64,000 nucleotides of DNA, taken from contig NC_086108.1 in NCBI RefSeq assembly GCF_963921235.1, forward strand, positions 47,184,001-47,248,000, read 5' to 3'. How positions within the stretch are numbered: the first letter of the stretch is position 1; each line of letters starts with the position of its first letter. A program made the position numbers and the translations under genes. Origin of the DNA: Mobula hypostoma. Its lineage: Eukaryota. Below are positions 38,501 through 51,510 of this stretch, piece by piece. The notes beneath the pieces are model-generated. The model searched no databases. It was not told the DNA's origin and was given only the letters and a program-made list of their open reading frames with translations.

Positions 38501-40202
38501 TGCAACTGAACGTCACTGGTTCAGCAACACAAACAGAATCTAGCCTACATTACACAATAGCATGCTAGGCTGCACGCTCATCAACCAAACTATGTTATCC
38601 AAAAACATAGTAAAAGAACAATTAACACCAACTTCCACTTATTTTGCGAGTTTAACACCAACTTCTATTTATAGAGTGAATTTTAACTTAGTAAAATATT
38701 GCAAGGCACTTAATGGGAGCATAAATTGAACAATTCCACATGTTCATCAACTAATTATTTCTAGATTTGGGAGAGGGTTGCATCACTTTAAAGGGAATCA
38801 AAAGTGGTGCCAATGAACCATTTACTTCATGGCTCAACATCCCTCATCTATTAGAATAATAGGGCTAATGACAACTGTTACTCATGGAATTCCATTGAAT
38901 CAGACAGAAAAAAGAAGCATTTAAAGTTCTATCAATCTGCAATTAATGCGTTTTGGAGAAAATATTCAACAGGTAAAATATCTTGAACATTTAAGCTCAG
39001 CTCAAATTGCAGAGGAAGTCTCTGGAAGGTAAATATTCTTGCAAACTGCACACTATCTATAATGTTGTGATCTATTAAGAAGTTCACAAACATTAGGTTT
39101 GCTGCTGTTTGTACGTGACAGTGTTGGCTTCCCCAAACTACTGGTCTAAGATAATATTCCATTGCTAACTCCTAGCCTTACACAATTCAACTATTTTTTA
39201 TAAAACATAAAAAACACTATGTTTTCTTATAAATTTAAACTAAAATGGTCTTACAAACTAGTTTTGTTTGTAGTATTAACCAATATAGAAGAGCTGCCAC
39301 CTGTTACCCAGAAGCTTTTATGAGATTAACCAACCTATCATCTGATATCAAAGCTGTAACTAGATGTGGATTCAACAGGAGAATTATTCAGTCAACAGTT
39401 ATTGGGCTGATGGTTCTAGCAAATTGACCAGATTTCTGTCCACTTGAGAATGCGTAAGATCAATGCCACTGTGGTAGTCATTGGTTTGAACGCCTGCACT
39501 GACTGGGTGTTATCACTGCCCCATATTAAAAAGGTTAAGAAGTGTGATGGAGGAACATGGACAATCAAGACAGAGCAAAGTAAAAATCAAGTTTGTTCAT
39601 TTTTTTTCAGTTTCTGACAACACCAAATCCTTCATTTTTTCCCTCATTTAGTTGGGATAGTACTGAAAACACTTGATAATAAGTTTCACTGCTGGAGGCA
39701 GTCCTGTAAAGAAATACTTTCAATCTGTTAGAAAAACAAAATAGAAGCTAAAATCATATTTCAGTAATTACCAAAAAAAAAAACAATCTGGTGCTTTAAT
39801 CTGGTTGTACCCATACAATGGATAAATGCAACAGAATTGTGGTGTTTTAAAACCTGCAGTAACACAATAAGATTAGAGTGAAGGAGTGTGCAAATGAATG
39901 GGAAAAGTAGGGAAGGTAGAAAATAATGCAACACAAGTTCTCTCAACCCTGGCACATTTCTCACAGTCTGAGGCATGCTGATTCAGGAAAACCATTTATC
40001 TGACAGGTATCTTCAGATTAAACAGTTAGAAAAGATGATCAGTATGTTGAGGATATTCTCTCCACTTCTAAAATTTGCAACAAATCAAAAAGACAGATCG
40101 GCATATTCTTCCAATTGATCAGGGAATGCCACAGTGCACAATTTCACCAGTTCATTGGAGGGAAATGGAGCAAAATCCCATTGTACAAATGTATAATCAT
40201 CG
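35577..40202 (-). other. EDEM3: Probable long EDEM3 3' UTR (~4.6 kb) with candidate AATAAA signals at 35635-35640 and 35577-35582
   Basis: AT-rich and strikingly LINE-free compared with its flanks; two minus-strand AATAAA hexamers at the distal edge. The actual transcript end cannot be proven from sequence. Confidence 0.5.
37060..37320 (-). mobile_element. tRNA-derived SINE with an RTE/BovB-like 3' part, inside the probable EDEM3 3' UTR
   Basis: A-box TGGCCTAGTGG, B-box GAGTTCAAATCC, and the motif GAAGGCAATGGCAAACCACT. Confidence 0.78.
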
Positions 40203-40717
40203 TCATAGCTCATCTTTATCCATCATTTCAAAGGCGTCTATCTCTTCCTTCCAGTCTGATAACAAGGAGTCTATTGTTCGAGCCTCTGTCTCTTGACTAA
40301 TATTTGGATTGGATTCCTGCTCTGTCTCCACCTCATTATCAGCCCCTTCCTTTACCTGATCTGATAACTGAGCACATGGTTCCCGTCCATCTTCAGAGCT
40401 CTCTTGACAATCTGTCCTTTGCATGTCCTGATCTTTGACATCAGCAGTATCTGAGGATGCATCTGTAGGTGTGTTACCTGGATTCTGATCAGAACCACTC
40501 AACATATCCAGAATTTCATTACTTAGTTGTATCTTTGCACCAGGCATGATTAACTGATCACTGGCATCATCCTCGCTCACTGATTCATCAGCTTTCTCAT
40601 CGCTTGGGATTTTAATGTAAGATACTGCTTCACTCTGACATTCAAAAGTAGTTGAACTCGGCTCTCTGGACTGCAAATCATCTTCAGAATTTTGTTCCAA
40701 TTCTTCCATATCCGGAT
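40203..40717 (-). CDS. EDEM3: EDEM3 last coding exon; acidic low-complexity tail ending ...IDSLLSDWKEEIDAFEMMDKDEL*
   Basis: ORF 40203..40709 extended to a TTTTAG acceptor at 40718-19 (phase 1). C-terminal KDEL ER-retention signal. Confidence 0.96.
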
Positions 40718-41254
40718 CTAAAATCCAAGTATTAAAATATTGTTAATGGTAAAATTACAAGTGCAAATAATAATGATAACAATATTTTTACAAGATATTA
40801 TAAATCTGACAATGGCCTATTAGTAAATTCTGTTTCAAATCACTAGATGGCCTTTAGCAACAATCTTTTACTGTTTAGATGACAAACCTATAGTGACTGT
40901 GTGGCATAAACAGATATGGATCTTTCTCAAGAGATTACAAGTGAAAACTACCTTTTATAAATGATAAACTACATTACTCAGAAGCAGACACAGCAACCAC
41001 TGTTTTCCACAGATATTAAGGGACTGTTGCAAGCCAACACCCAAAGCCAGGAAGGAAGTTCTACATCTAGGCGATCCTGAAGTTCTGGACTATAGAACAT
41101 CCCAACTACCGTTCATGCTCAGATTTTGTCTCCATCCTATCAGCCATCATCTTACAGACTGCAACCTGCTTCCTGTGTCTCTGCACAATGAACGTCTGAT
41201 ACTCACGTACTTCAACCCATTCTTCCCTGTTTCTCCTCAGTGTTTTAGACCGAC

Positions 41255-42215
41255 AAAGGCGCAGGATTAAGCCATTCGGCCTACCATCTGCTCCTCCATT
41301 CGATCATGGCTAATTTTCCCTCTGAACCCCATTCTCCTGCTCATTCTTCTCCCCATAACTTTACTAATCAAGAATCTATCAATCTCCATTTTAAAGATAC
41401 CCAGTCACTTGGCCTCCACGGATGTCTATGGCAATGATCTCCATAGATTCACAACTCCCTGGCTAAAGAAATTCCTCCTCATAATCTGTTCCAAAGGGAT
41501 GACCTTTGATTCCAAGCTGTGCTCTTTAGTCCTAGAACCTCCCACTATTGGAAACATTTTCTCCATGTCCATTCTCTCCAAGCCTTTCAATATTCACAAA
41601 AAATGCTGGTGAACGCAGCAGGCCAGGCAGCATCTATAGGAAGAGGTACAGTCGACGTACAGCTGAAGTACAGCCTCTTCCTATAGACCAAAATGTTGAC
41701 TGTACCTCGTCCTATAGATGCTGTCTGGCCTGCTGCGTTCACCAGCATTTTTCATGTGTGTTGCTTGAAATGCCAGCATCTGCAGATTTCCTCATGTTTG
41801 TGCTTTCAATGAGATAACCTCTTATTCTTTTAAACTCCAACAAGTACAGGCCCAAAGCCATCAAGTGCATATCATATTTAATCCTTTCATTCCCAGGATC
41901 ATTCTTGGAAACACTTTCTGTATCATCTCCAACGCCAGCAAATATTTTCTTACATGTGGTGCTCAAAACAGCACAAGTCTCCAAATGCGGGCTGACCAGT
42001 GCTCTATAAAGTCTCAGTACTGTATTACATCCTTACTTTTATATTCTAATCCTTTGTAAACAAATGCTAACAGTGCATTTGCCTTTCTTACCACCAACTC
42101 AACCTGCAAGTTAACATTTACAGAATCCCGCACTAGGACTCCCAAGTTCCTTCGCACCTCCAGTTTATCAATCACTCCCTGTTTAGAAAATAGCCTATGC
42201 CTTTATTCCTTCTAC
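41255..42215 (-). mobile_element. CR1 3' fragment with a nested palindromic element (41596-41802)
   Basis: LGLYLLEFKRIRG remnant. The nested element matches 11579-11778 in reverse orientation. Confidence 0.82.
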
Positions 42216-42224
42216 CACGTAACC

Positions 42225-42580
42225 TTACAGTAGCTGGGCATGCTCCCTTCTTCCCCCTTCCACTAAGCAGAAGATACAAAAGCCCAAAAACAGGTACCAT
42301 CAGCTCAAGGACAGCTTCCATCTGCTATTATAAGACTTTTAAATAGTTCCCTCGTACGATAAAATGGACTCCTGACTTTACAGACCACCACATTATGACC
42401 TTGCATCCTATTGTCTAACTGCACTGCGCTCTCTCTATAACTGTAACACTTTATTCTGCACTCTGTTATTGCTTTGCCTTGTACCACCTCACTGTTGAAA
42501 TGAATTGATCTATATGAACAGTATGCAAGACAAGTTTTTTCACTGTACTTCAGTACATGTGACAATAATTAATCAATTTA
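42225..42580 (+). mobile_element. Rex1-like 3' fragment
   Basis: Ends TTTCACTGTAC...TACATGTGACAATAAT, a Rex-type tail. Confidence 0.6.
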
Positions 42581-44057
42581 GCCATTTTAATTTACCTTAT
42601 TTATAAACATGCATTGATCATATTATCTCACATGGCCCCACTTCTTCCATGTAATCAATCAGATTTAAGATCAGCTCAGATCATTTCCTTAGAACTCCAT
42701 TCACCACCTTATTTCTTTCCAACCTCAGCCCTCTGGAAAAAACCCTCCTGAAATCACATACAGTGGCAATTTAAAATTCTAACCATAGTATTTCTACAAC
42801 TTTTAATCTGCTCAATCACATCTTTACACCTCAAGGTCATTTACTGGTATGCTGACTTTATCCCTGTTCCCTACATTCTATGGGACACAGGATTTGGATG
42901 ACTATGCTAGATAACAAATTTGTCTATTTATGCCAGGCAACATAACTAAATACTATCATAACATCACATAAAACAAACCAGATCAGTCCTGCTCTCTTCT
43001 ACACTATTTAGAATGCTCTCAAAATAAAAAATCCCAGCTGTTTTCCAGAAGCAGTACTGGCATCAGCACAACCCCACCATCCAACATTTCCTTCTTCTTT
43101 CCATCAAGCCGTTCATTTACTATTTTTGCCTTGATTAATACTGTCTGTTCTTGCCACTCCCCCCCCCCTTTAGTCCAAACAAAATCTCCCTCAAGCTGTT
43201 GTCTTCCTTTCACTTTCCACAGATACTCCCTGACCTGCTAAGTATTTCCAACATACGCTCTTTTCATTCAAAAATTACAGCAATTGTATCTATTCTATTT
43301 TTCAAATCAAGTTAGTTGCCACCCTACCCTAGTCCCAAAATGATATCTTGCTTTAGTTTAACTCCATCTTCAGGCCCTGCACCATCTACCCCACCCCATT
43401 TTTACCAAATTGTCCATGTGAACCGATCTCCTGCACCCTTGACTCTAGTCCAATTAAACCGTTCATCAGTTCTGCCTCCCAAGTTAGATCTTAACAGTAA
43501 TCCTAGCATACTGCCTCCAAGCCCTTTAAAACTACTCTTCTCCTTAAAATCCTGCCCTCAATTTGTCAGTCACTGCAAACTGCAGATTCATCTCCAAGGT
43601 TTTCCTCTCAGAAATCCTTGAAAGTATCATCACAGCCCACATCACCATCCTCGGCCTTTGCCATTTCTCATTTCTCATTGTCCTGCTGTTCAGATTTCAT
43701 TGTTTAATATTATACCCTCTATCTAGTTCAGTCAATTTAGCTTCTGCAGTGGCTTCTGCTTAACTGAGGCTTTTGGAGGCAAAACCTTACTTTCATTAAA
43801 ATTAATAGCATGAATTAGAATGCTGGAATTAATTCTTCATGCTACCGAACCCCTAGTCACAATTGTATTGCTATGGACAAAAACTCAAGGTTGAGAAAAA
43901 GGAAGAAAAGCTGAATGCATTATAGACTGACAGCCACTACTACACACTTCCTATATGTTTTCCAAGTGATATCCTTTGACATACAAACACATGATATACA
44001 TGGCCAGGTATGATGTTGACCATTAAGTAAGATTAAATTTTAAAAGAAACTTCTTAC

Positions 44058-44096
44058 CAATGTAATTTCTAATTCTTTTACCTTTAATAATTGTGG
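44058..44096 (-). CDS. EDEM3: Putative alternative 39-nt EDEM3 cassette exon, (A)TIIKGKRIRNYI
   Basis: AACAG acceptor at 44097-99 and G|GTAAGA donor at 44052-57. Phase 1-1, stop-free and frame-preserving between the DKAKDR exon and the last exon. Confidence 0.72.
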
Positions 44097-44699
44097 CTGT
44101 TATTTTTGTCCATGTGACGCAAAAAAAGAAGCAACACTGGTTACAAAAATCATTCTATGATTGGTCTAATTATACATGCAAATGTTTATTCACACACAAC
44201 CTATGAATAATAGTTCAAGATGTTGAGTTACATCTGACTCATGAACAATTACCACCTACTTTCCATCATGAAGTGAGGGAAGATATTAACAGTGTTAACC
44301 AGTAGCACTTACTTACAAGTACCCTGTTCATTTTAGATTCTGCCAGAAGCAATTGACTGCAGATTTCATTTCAACCTTGAGTCAAACATGAACAAATGAA
44401 CAATTTTCCAAAGAGGCGAATCCATGATATCAAGGGAGAAGTTGGCAGAAAGTGCAATCAGAGATCCAGAGAAAACCATGATACAATTTACAGTGGATTA
44501 AAAAAGTGGCCTTCACCACTTCTTCAAGATAATCAAAAAATAAATTCTCTATTGTTTGGAGTTGAACTTGACATTAATAAAGAATCAGGGGACATCCATA
44601 TCAGCTCCAGAATTCCCTCAATACTGTATAGTGTTCTATCTTCAAATGATCTAACAGTCTCTCAGAAGATCAGATGTATGCTAATGAATGCACACTGTT

Positions 44700-45510
44700 C
44701 AATTCACAAGCAATAAAATAATCTAAAACAAGACCGGACCATTATCCAAGCTTCAGCTGGTAAGTAGGCAGTAGCACTTACAGTAATTTTCAGCATTCCC
44801 TTGAGTTTCAGGCAATGACCATCTGCAAAAACAAAAGGTCTAACCACGTATCCTTTACATTTCATGGCAGTGCCATTGCCTCGTCTTCCACAATTTCTAA
44901 GGCTGTCACTGAGCAGCAGCTTAATTGCACAGACCACATCAATACTGTGAGTGTAAGAATGGGCCAGAGGCTAGAACTCTGCAACACATGATTCACCTCT
45001 TGATTTCCCAAAACTTCTCCATTCACTACAAGATACAATTCAGACATGTGATGGAATACTTTGCAACCTGTTGTAGAAGTGCAGCTCCAACAACACTCAA
45101 GATACATAACAGCAATCAGATTGACCAGGATAAACCAGGCCATCTGACCAACTTCAAATTTAACATCATGAACATCTCTTCCCTGTTCACCACAGCTGCA
45201 ATAACCATTGTCAACAAGACTCATAACAGCACCCTCACAACCCTCCTTTGACAGCACCTTACAAATTCACTGCCCCTTTCATTTAGAAGGCCAAGTAGAA
45301 TGGACAAATGGGAACACCATTGCAAGAGAGATGAACTCTATGTCACACCCCATAATGATTTGGAAATAAATTGGCACGTTTACTCAATACCAGCAACTTA
45401 AACTCCCTATCCAACAGCTACCTAACCATGACACAATTTACAGTGGATCAAAAAAATGGCCTTCACGACTTCTCAAGGATAATTTGGATAGGCAACTTAT
45501 GCTGGTCTTA
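44700..45510 (+). mobile_element. Ancient CR1/L2-type LINE 3' fragment
   Basis: IHYKIQFRHVMEY...AAPTTLK remnant and a degenerate tail. Confidence 0.6.
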
Positions 45511-46129
45511 ATACTGTTCTTCTCAAATTTCTAAAAATAACAAATGCAAAACCTCTTAGATTCACAATTGTTTTGTCAGATTAATAAATTTAATCCCAAA
45601 AATTATGTGTCTGTCCCAAAATAGCAATAAGGGTTAGCACTCAGAGTTCTGGCACCATTATTTATTCTGCACCCAAAATAAATAATGATATCCAGTTAAA
45701 GAAAACAGGAGAAAGAAAACACCATTTTTTATTTAATAAAAAGAAAAATAAGTCAATAGGCTTAACTAGAAAAATAGGGAAAGAGACACAGATATAAAGG
45801 TAAGCAAAAAAGACATCAGATATAGAGAATTAAAGGAAATTAATTTGCATTCATTCCTTTAATAGTTTAGCATTTAATGTTTGGAATATTGGGTTACCAG
45901 TAAAGTAATAATCCCAGTCCTGACATTTGCGCCGCTTTACTCCAGAAATAATGACGTTTGTGTGATGTGAAACACTGGGCACTGACAACATGCAACAGTA
46001 TTTTAAGTTTTCAATGCAGAAGGATAGGTTTATCAAGCATGGAAGGCTACAAACTTTAAGCTACATTTAAAAAAGGAGCATGATAAATCACTCTGGGCAT
46101 AGAATGACTTTCCGTCTGTTTAAATTTAC

Positions 46130-46315
46130 CTCTATCTTTTGCTTTATCTGAGAGCAGCACTTCTACTTCCTGATATTCCCGCATAGCATCAATGATGATA
46201 TTTCCTTCCTTATTGAAGAGGAAAAGCATTGGGATTGTAACGTCGTCAGTGTTCTTTCCATCGCCAGCCATCTGGAAGAGGGGGGCCGTGTCACTGCTAC
46301 TTCCTTCATTGTCAT
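46130..46315 (-). CDS. EDEM3: EDEM3 coding exon, [61 protein letters not shown]
   Basis: Overlaps ORF 46056..46271. CAG acceptor, GTAAAT donor; 186 nt, phase 1-1. Confidence 0.95.
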
Positions 46316-47561
46316 CTGTCCAATAGCAAGTTCAGTTAAAACAACGGTAGAATACAAACAGACAACCAAAATCTTTAGTGCCCATTAAGTTCTATTCTTT
46401 TGCAGAAAAGAACTAACAAATGACAGCTTGGCTCATTTTAAGCTGCACAGTTAACCGAACCTCACATTCAACATTTGTCATTGAGGGATAATTTTCCCAC
46501 CTTCAGGTGATGATTAAATGAATATAGACCATCCCAACACTGTATTCCAGTACAGAAATATTTACTTTTCTACATTTGTCTTTAAATGAGATGGTTAGAT
46601 GGTGCCAGATACAGAGCACTCCATTTTATGGCCTAGAACTAACTAGAAAAAGGCTCTTAGTACCTCACATACACTGATTTGCAACCCATTAAATTTGGTC
46701 TACACTGCAGAATGAGCTTTTATAAACAAATTTCAGTAAATGACAAATAGCATCCAAATGTAAAAGAATGTCATGCAAAACAACTCTTAAATGAATCAAC
46801 TTCAGTGTTTTTGACAAGTATGTTAAGGATTAATTTGAAAAATGTGGCATCTAATTTGTACGCATCAACAATACATTAAAAAATCATGTTCCTAAAAGCT
46901 TCATTAAATCACATTAATGAAAACCATATGCATTTGAGAATATCAATTTTTGCAACAATTTGAACAAAAATGCTAAAATGGACTTAATTTACATGCACAG
47001 CAATACAAAAAATTAACCAAGATCCATAAATTTAAACACACAACCACCATTGCCCTCGGTACAGCTTTGTGACCAGCTCCTATTTAATAATTCATCTATT
47101 CTTAAAGTAGCAGCACTTGTCATGTACTGCATTTCTTTGGCAATTAGATTTATACACAGGAATGGTAATAGAAATAAGGTTACGAGTACTGTGATTCAGA
47201 TTGGGGAGAAGGATGAAGACAGTGATAATCTCTCAGTGAATGTGGTGGGGCCAGTGGCTTTGATTTTCTCATTGCTGGGTTAGAAGAAATGGAAATTCAG
47301 ATACAAGTGGATGTCATGAGTGTTTTTCAGCACAAAGGTTGTGGAAGGATCAAGAGAAACAAGACACAATGTGTGTAATCAATCTTCCAAACTTAAATAT
47401 GACAGCACTAAGAGGCAGCAAGTAGCAAAGCAGAGAGCCCAAGAGAGACCTTTGTAGGATTCCAGTTGTCACCGGGCAAACACAATGCAGCAAATGGACA
47501 GATAAAATGACACTTAGAGAACTCCAACCCTTTTAGACAACAGCCGGAGCAGTAATCCAAT

Positions 47562-47695
47562 CACAAACAAGAGAAAGTCTGCAGATGCTGGAAATCCAAG
47601 CAACGCACACTTCAGCAGGAAGGGTCTAGGCCCGAAACATCGACTGTACTCTCCTCCGTAGATGCTGCTTGGCCTCCAGCATTTTGTGTGTGTTG
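47562..47695. mobile_element. Partial Penelope-type palindromic element
   Basis: TCTGCAGATGCTGGAAATCCAAGCAAC...GAAGGGTCTAGGCCCGAAACATCGACT. Confidence 0.65.
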
Positions 47696-47990
47696 AACAG
47701 ATGGAGCAGGATGGTTTTGTTGATCGTTGCAGTGGAATCAAAGAAAATCAGATTGAATAACTCATCACTGTAATCCTTACAGAAATTAAGTGACAGGCTC
47801 AGGCAAAAAATGAAAAACAGGATAATGAGTGTGCATGTCATTAAAACCAGCATCAAAATGCAGTTTGGTACTTCAGCTGTATTGATATAACCTAATCAGT
47901 GACACAGTACAGGAACATTCATAACTGTGGGATGTTTGTTATTTCAATAATGCTCTATATGAAAGTGAAAACAAGAATTGTACATCTTAC

Positions 47991-48156
47991 CAATAACAAT
48001 GCCCCCTATCGCCCCAGCTTTCTGTGCATTCCGTGCTTTCTCAGCAAACATGCAGTGACCTCGTTGCATCAGGGCAATTTTTCCCTTTATTGCTTCGGGA
48101 TTTGTTACTTCTGAACAACCATTGTAGGGCTCACTCTTTGCAACATAACCTCGTAC
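47991..48156 (-). CDS. EDEM3: EDEM3 coding exon (PA domain), [55 protein letters not shown]
   Basis: Manual translation. TAG acceptor, GTAAGA donor; 166 nt, phase 0-1. PA-domain RGxCxFxxK..AQxAGA motif. Confidence 0.95.
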
Positions 48157-48371
48157 CTATGAAGGATTTTGAAACGCAGAGATGTAATTAATGTTTACAC
48201 AGCAAGTCATTGTCACTTTGAAGCTGACAATCAGATTATTCTATAATTGACATATTTCCTATTCAAGTATGATAATAATAGTAAATTTGATTTCTACACT
48301 ATTTCTTCCAGTTTTTTTTTACTATTCTTAGCCTGTTCGCCAGGTGCATGGCTTACAACAGCAGTAACAGA

Positions 48372-49697
48372 AGAGCAAGGTGGCACGCCTGAATGACTAT
48401 CGAGCTGTGGCTCTGACATCAATTGCTATGAAGTGCTACGAGTGATTGGTTATGGCACACATCAACCACAGCCTACCAGTCAACCTCGACGCTTTGCAAT
48501 TCGCCTACCGGAGCAACAGGTCAATGGCAGATGCCATCTCTCTAGCCCTACATTCCTCCTTAGAACACCTGGAGAATAAAGACACATACGTAAAGCTCCT
48601 TTTCATTGACTACAGCTCTGCCTCTAATACCATCATTTCAAATAAACTGAATCCTAAGCTCCGGAACCTGGGCCTTAGCACTCAGATCTGCAGCTGGATC
48701 TTCAACTTCCTCACAGACAGGACCCAGGCTGTAAAAATAGGGGACAAGCTCTCCTCTACAATCACTCTGAGCACCGGTGCCCCACAAGGCTGTGTACTCA
48801 GCCCCCTGCTGTACTCACTGTACACCCATGACTGTGTAGCCAAGTTTCCATCGAACTACTCAATATATAAGTTTGTTGATGACACAACAATTGTAGGCCG
48901 TATCTCGGGTAATGATGAGTTTGAGTACAGAGAGGAAATTAAGAACCTGGTGGCATGGTGTGAAGACCCAATTTACATCGATGGTGCGCAAGTGGAACAG
49001 GTCAAAAGCTTTAAGTTCCTCAGGGTCAATATCACAAATGACCTGACTTGGACCAACCAAGCAGAGTTCACTGCCAAGAAGGCCCACCAGCGCCTTTACT
49101 TCCTGAGAAAACTAAAGAAATTTGGCCTGTCCCCTAAAACCCTCACTAATTTTTATAGATGCACCGTAGAAAGCATTCTTCTAGGGTGCATCACAATTTG
49201 GTATGGAAGTTGTCCTGTCCAAGACCGGAAGAAGCAGCAGAAGATCATGAACATGGTGCAGCACATCACACAAACCAATCTTCCGACCTTGGACTCACTT
49301 CACACCGTACACTGTCGGAGCAGTGCTGCCAGGATAATCAAGGACACGACCCACCCAGCCAACACACTTTTTGTCCCTCTTCCCTCCAGGAGAAGGCTCA
49401 GGAGCTTGAAGACTCGTATGGCCAGATTTGTGAACAGCTTCTTTCCAACTGTGATAAGTCTGTTGAATGGATCCTGACCCGGATCTGGGTCGTACCCTCC
49501 AAATATCTGGACCTGCATCTCGGTTTTTTTGCACTACCTTACTTTCCATTTTTCTGTTTTCTATTTATGATTTATAATTTAAATTTTTAATATTTACTAT
49601 CGATTTGTAATCCAGGGAGCAGAAAGCGCAGAATCAAATATCGCTGCAATGATTGTACACTCTAGTATCAGTTGTTTGGTGACTATAAAGTATAAGT
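48372..49697 (+). mobile_element. Rex1/Babar LINE, 5'-truncated; sister copy of 1391-2802
   Basis: ORF 48446..49477 with RT motifs (FVDD variant) and a 75-bp in-frame internal deletion; same 3' UTR as the sister copy. Confidence 0.93.
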
Positions 49698-51214
49698 AGA
49701 GGAAAAGGGTCTAGCTATCAGCTGACCAATCAAGTTCCCATTTATTGATCAGGTCATGATCAATGCTTGGTGCACCAAATTCTTTGCTCACCCCAACTGT
49801 AATAATTCAAATTTCTACAATCACAAACTAGAAATATGCTCCCCACGATTTTCTGTCCATTTTTCTGACATGTCAATAGAAAACTCTCGACCAAATCTCC
49901 ATCTGCCGCTCCCCTTCCAAAGAAAAAAGACCTTAATTCAGAGAACCTTTCTGGAAATTGCAAGTGGACTTTTAACTTTTGTATATAAACTTTAATATTT
50001 TAAAACATTTAATCCTAGTGAAGATAAAATCTTCGCACTTGCCTTCAAACAACTTTGCACGTGCCCTTATTTCCCACAGACAGGCTGGTACTATTAGTGG
50101 CATTATTAATGAATATTTCTGAATCAGAATCAGGTTTAATATCGTCTGCATATGTGGTGAAATTTGTTACATTGCCATATTTAACTATGAGCCTTGATGT
50201 TAAAACAGGAAACCTGAAACATGCTCTCTGCTGGTTTGTTGCTGATCCAATGATAGTAATAAGCAGATCCAATGCCCCTGGATCAAAGGCTCTGCCAGGT
50301 TGTGAATTTTAAGAAATACAGTTTATTTTAGTTATTTATCAAATCTTCTTTGTTATCTTATTCCAAAATTTGGGCAACTTGGGTAATCCCAACTCAGAGG
50401 AGAGGAGTAAGGCAAGTGTGAATAAAGTGAAAAACCTGGATAAGATCATGATGAGCCAAACCTTCTAATGTCTGTTTTTTGGATAACTTCAGCAATTTGG
50501 ACCAACAGCTCCATTCTGAATTTAAAACATTTTGTAATTTGAATCCCTTTTTAACTGGTTACCAATCGTGCAAAACAATGCAGCCTATTTTATAAGCTGG
50601 AGTTTTGGATAGAGCTCTGGATCTGTTGTTGAACTGAACAAAAAAGCCTAAGTGAGAATTTCTGGATTTGCTAATATCAGAATATGAAGGTGTAAGCAAC
50701 TTAATGAAACGTGGAGAGGCTAAACTGGACAGTTCACAAAATGGTATTGTTCCCATGATATTACAGCAGCCTTGTACTCTGGCCCCCCAAAAGCCATGAG
50801 GAACGTTGAGGCACCACCCAGTCATTCAGTGATATGTACAGTATATTTGCTGCTATCTCTCCAGAAGATAACATTCATCCTCTCGTAGGATGTGGATTCA
50901 CCAGTAACTTTGGAGTTTCCCATTAACTCGACAGAATTAATAAGCAAACAGAATTCAAGATGACATGAATGTGAATTTTTATTTATATTTGTATTTTCAT
51001 CTGGCAACATCCAGTACCAACTTCAATAACCCTGAAATTCTATCAGTGCCATCATAGCATTGTCTTTATGCCCCTCTTCCAGATAAATATTTACAGAAAT
51101 AGTCTTAATTTATCACTTCAATTGTGTTTATCCTGCAGAACAACCCTTAAAAAAGTACAATTACCTTCCTTCAAATTGTACTTAAAAGGCAGCATATTTT
51201 TGCTTCTCTTTGAA

Positions 51215-51510
51215 TGCAGTGGCAGTCAATAGTTGTTGCCTCATAGTTCCAACAATTTATGCTCAGTCCTGACTTCCAGTGCTACACAGAGATTGTGCTT
51301 TCTCCATGTGTTACAGCTTCCTCACATATCCCAAAAACACGCAGGCTGGTTGGTTAACCGGCTACTGTAAATTGTCCCTAGTATGTAACTAAATGTTAGA
51401 ATCTGGGGTAGATGGTAGGAACATTGGGGAGAATAAATTGTGATTTGTGTGACTAGATATTTATAAGTTTGCAATCTCTGAGGACCTAAGGGCTCATTTT
51501 CTTGCTGCAA
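51215..51510 (+). mobile_element. Degenerate V-SINE
   Basis: TTCCTCACATATCCCAAAAACACGCAGG...CTGTAAATTGTCCCTAG central domain. Confidence 0.6.

Noticed and set aside
41584..41810. ctttcaat as TSD of the palindromic element
   Set aside because: TTTCAAT appears to recur natively at this point of the host CR1, so the duplication is ambiguous.
47961..47972. ISRE-like GAAAGTGAAAAC
   Set aside because: A single short match in an EDEM3 intron, 19 kb from TOR3A; expected by chance in AT-rich DNA.
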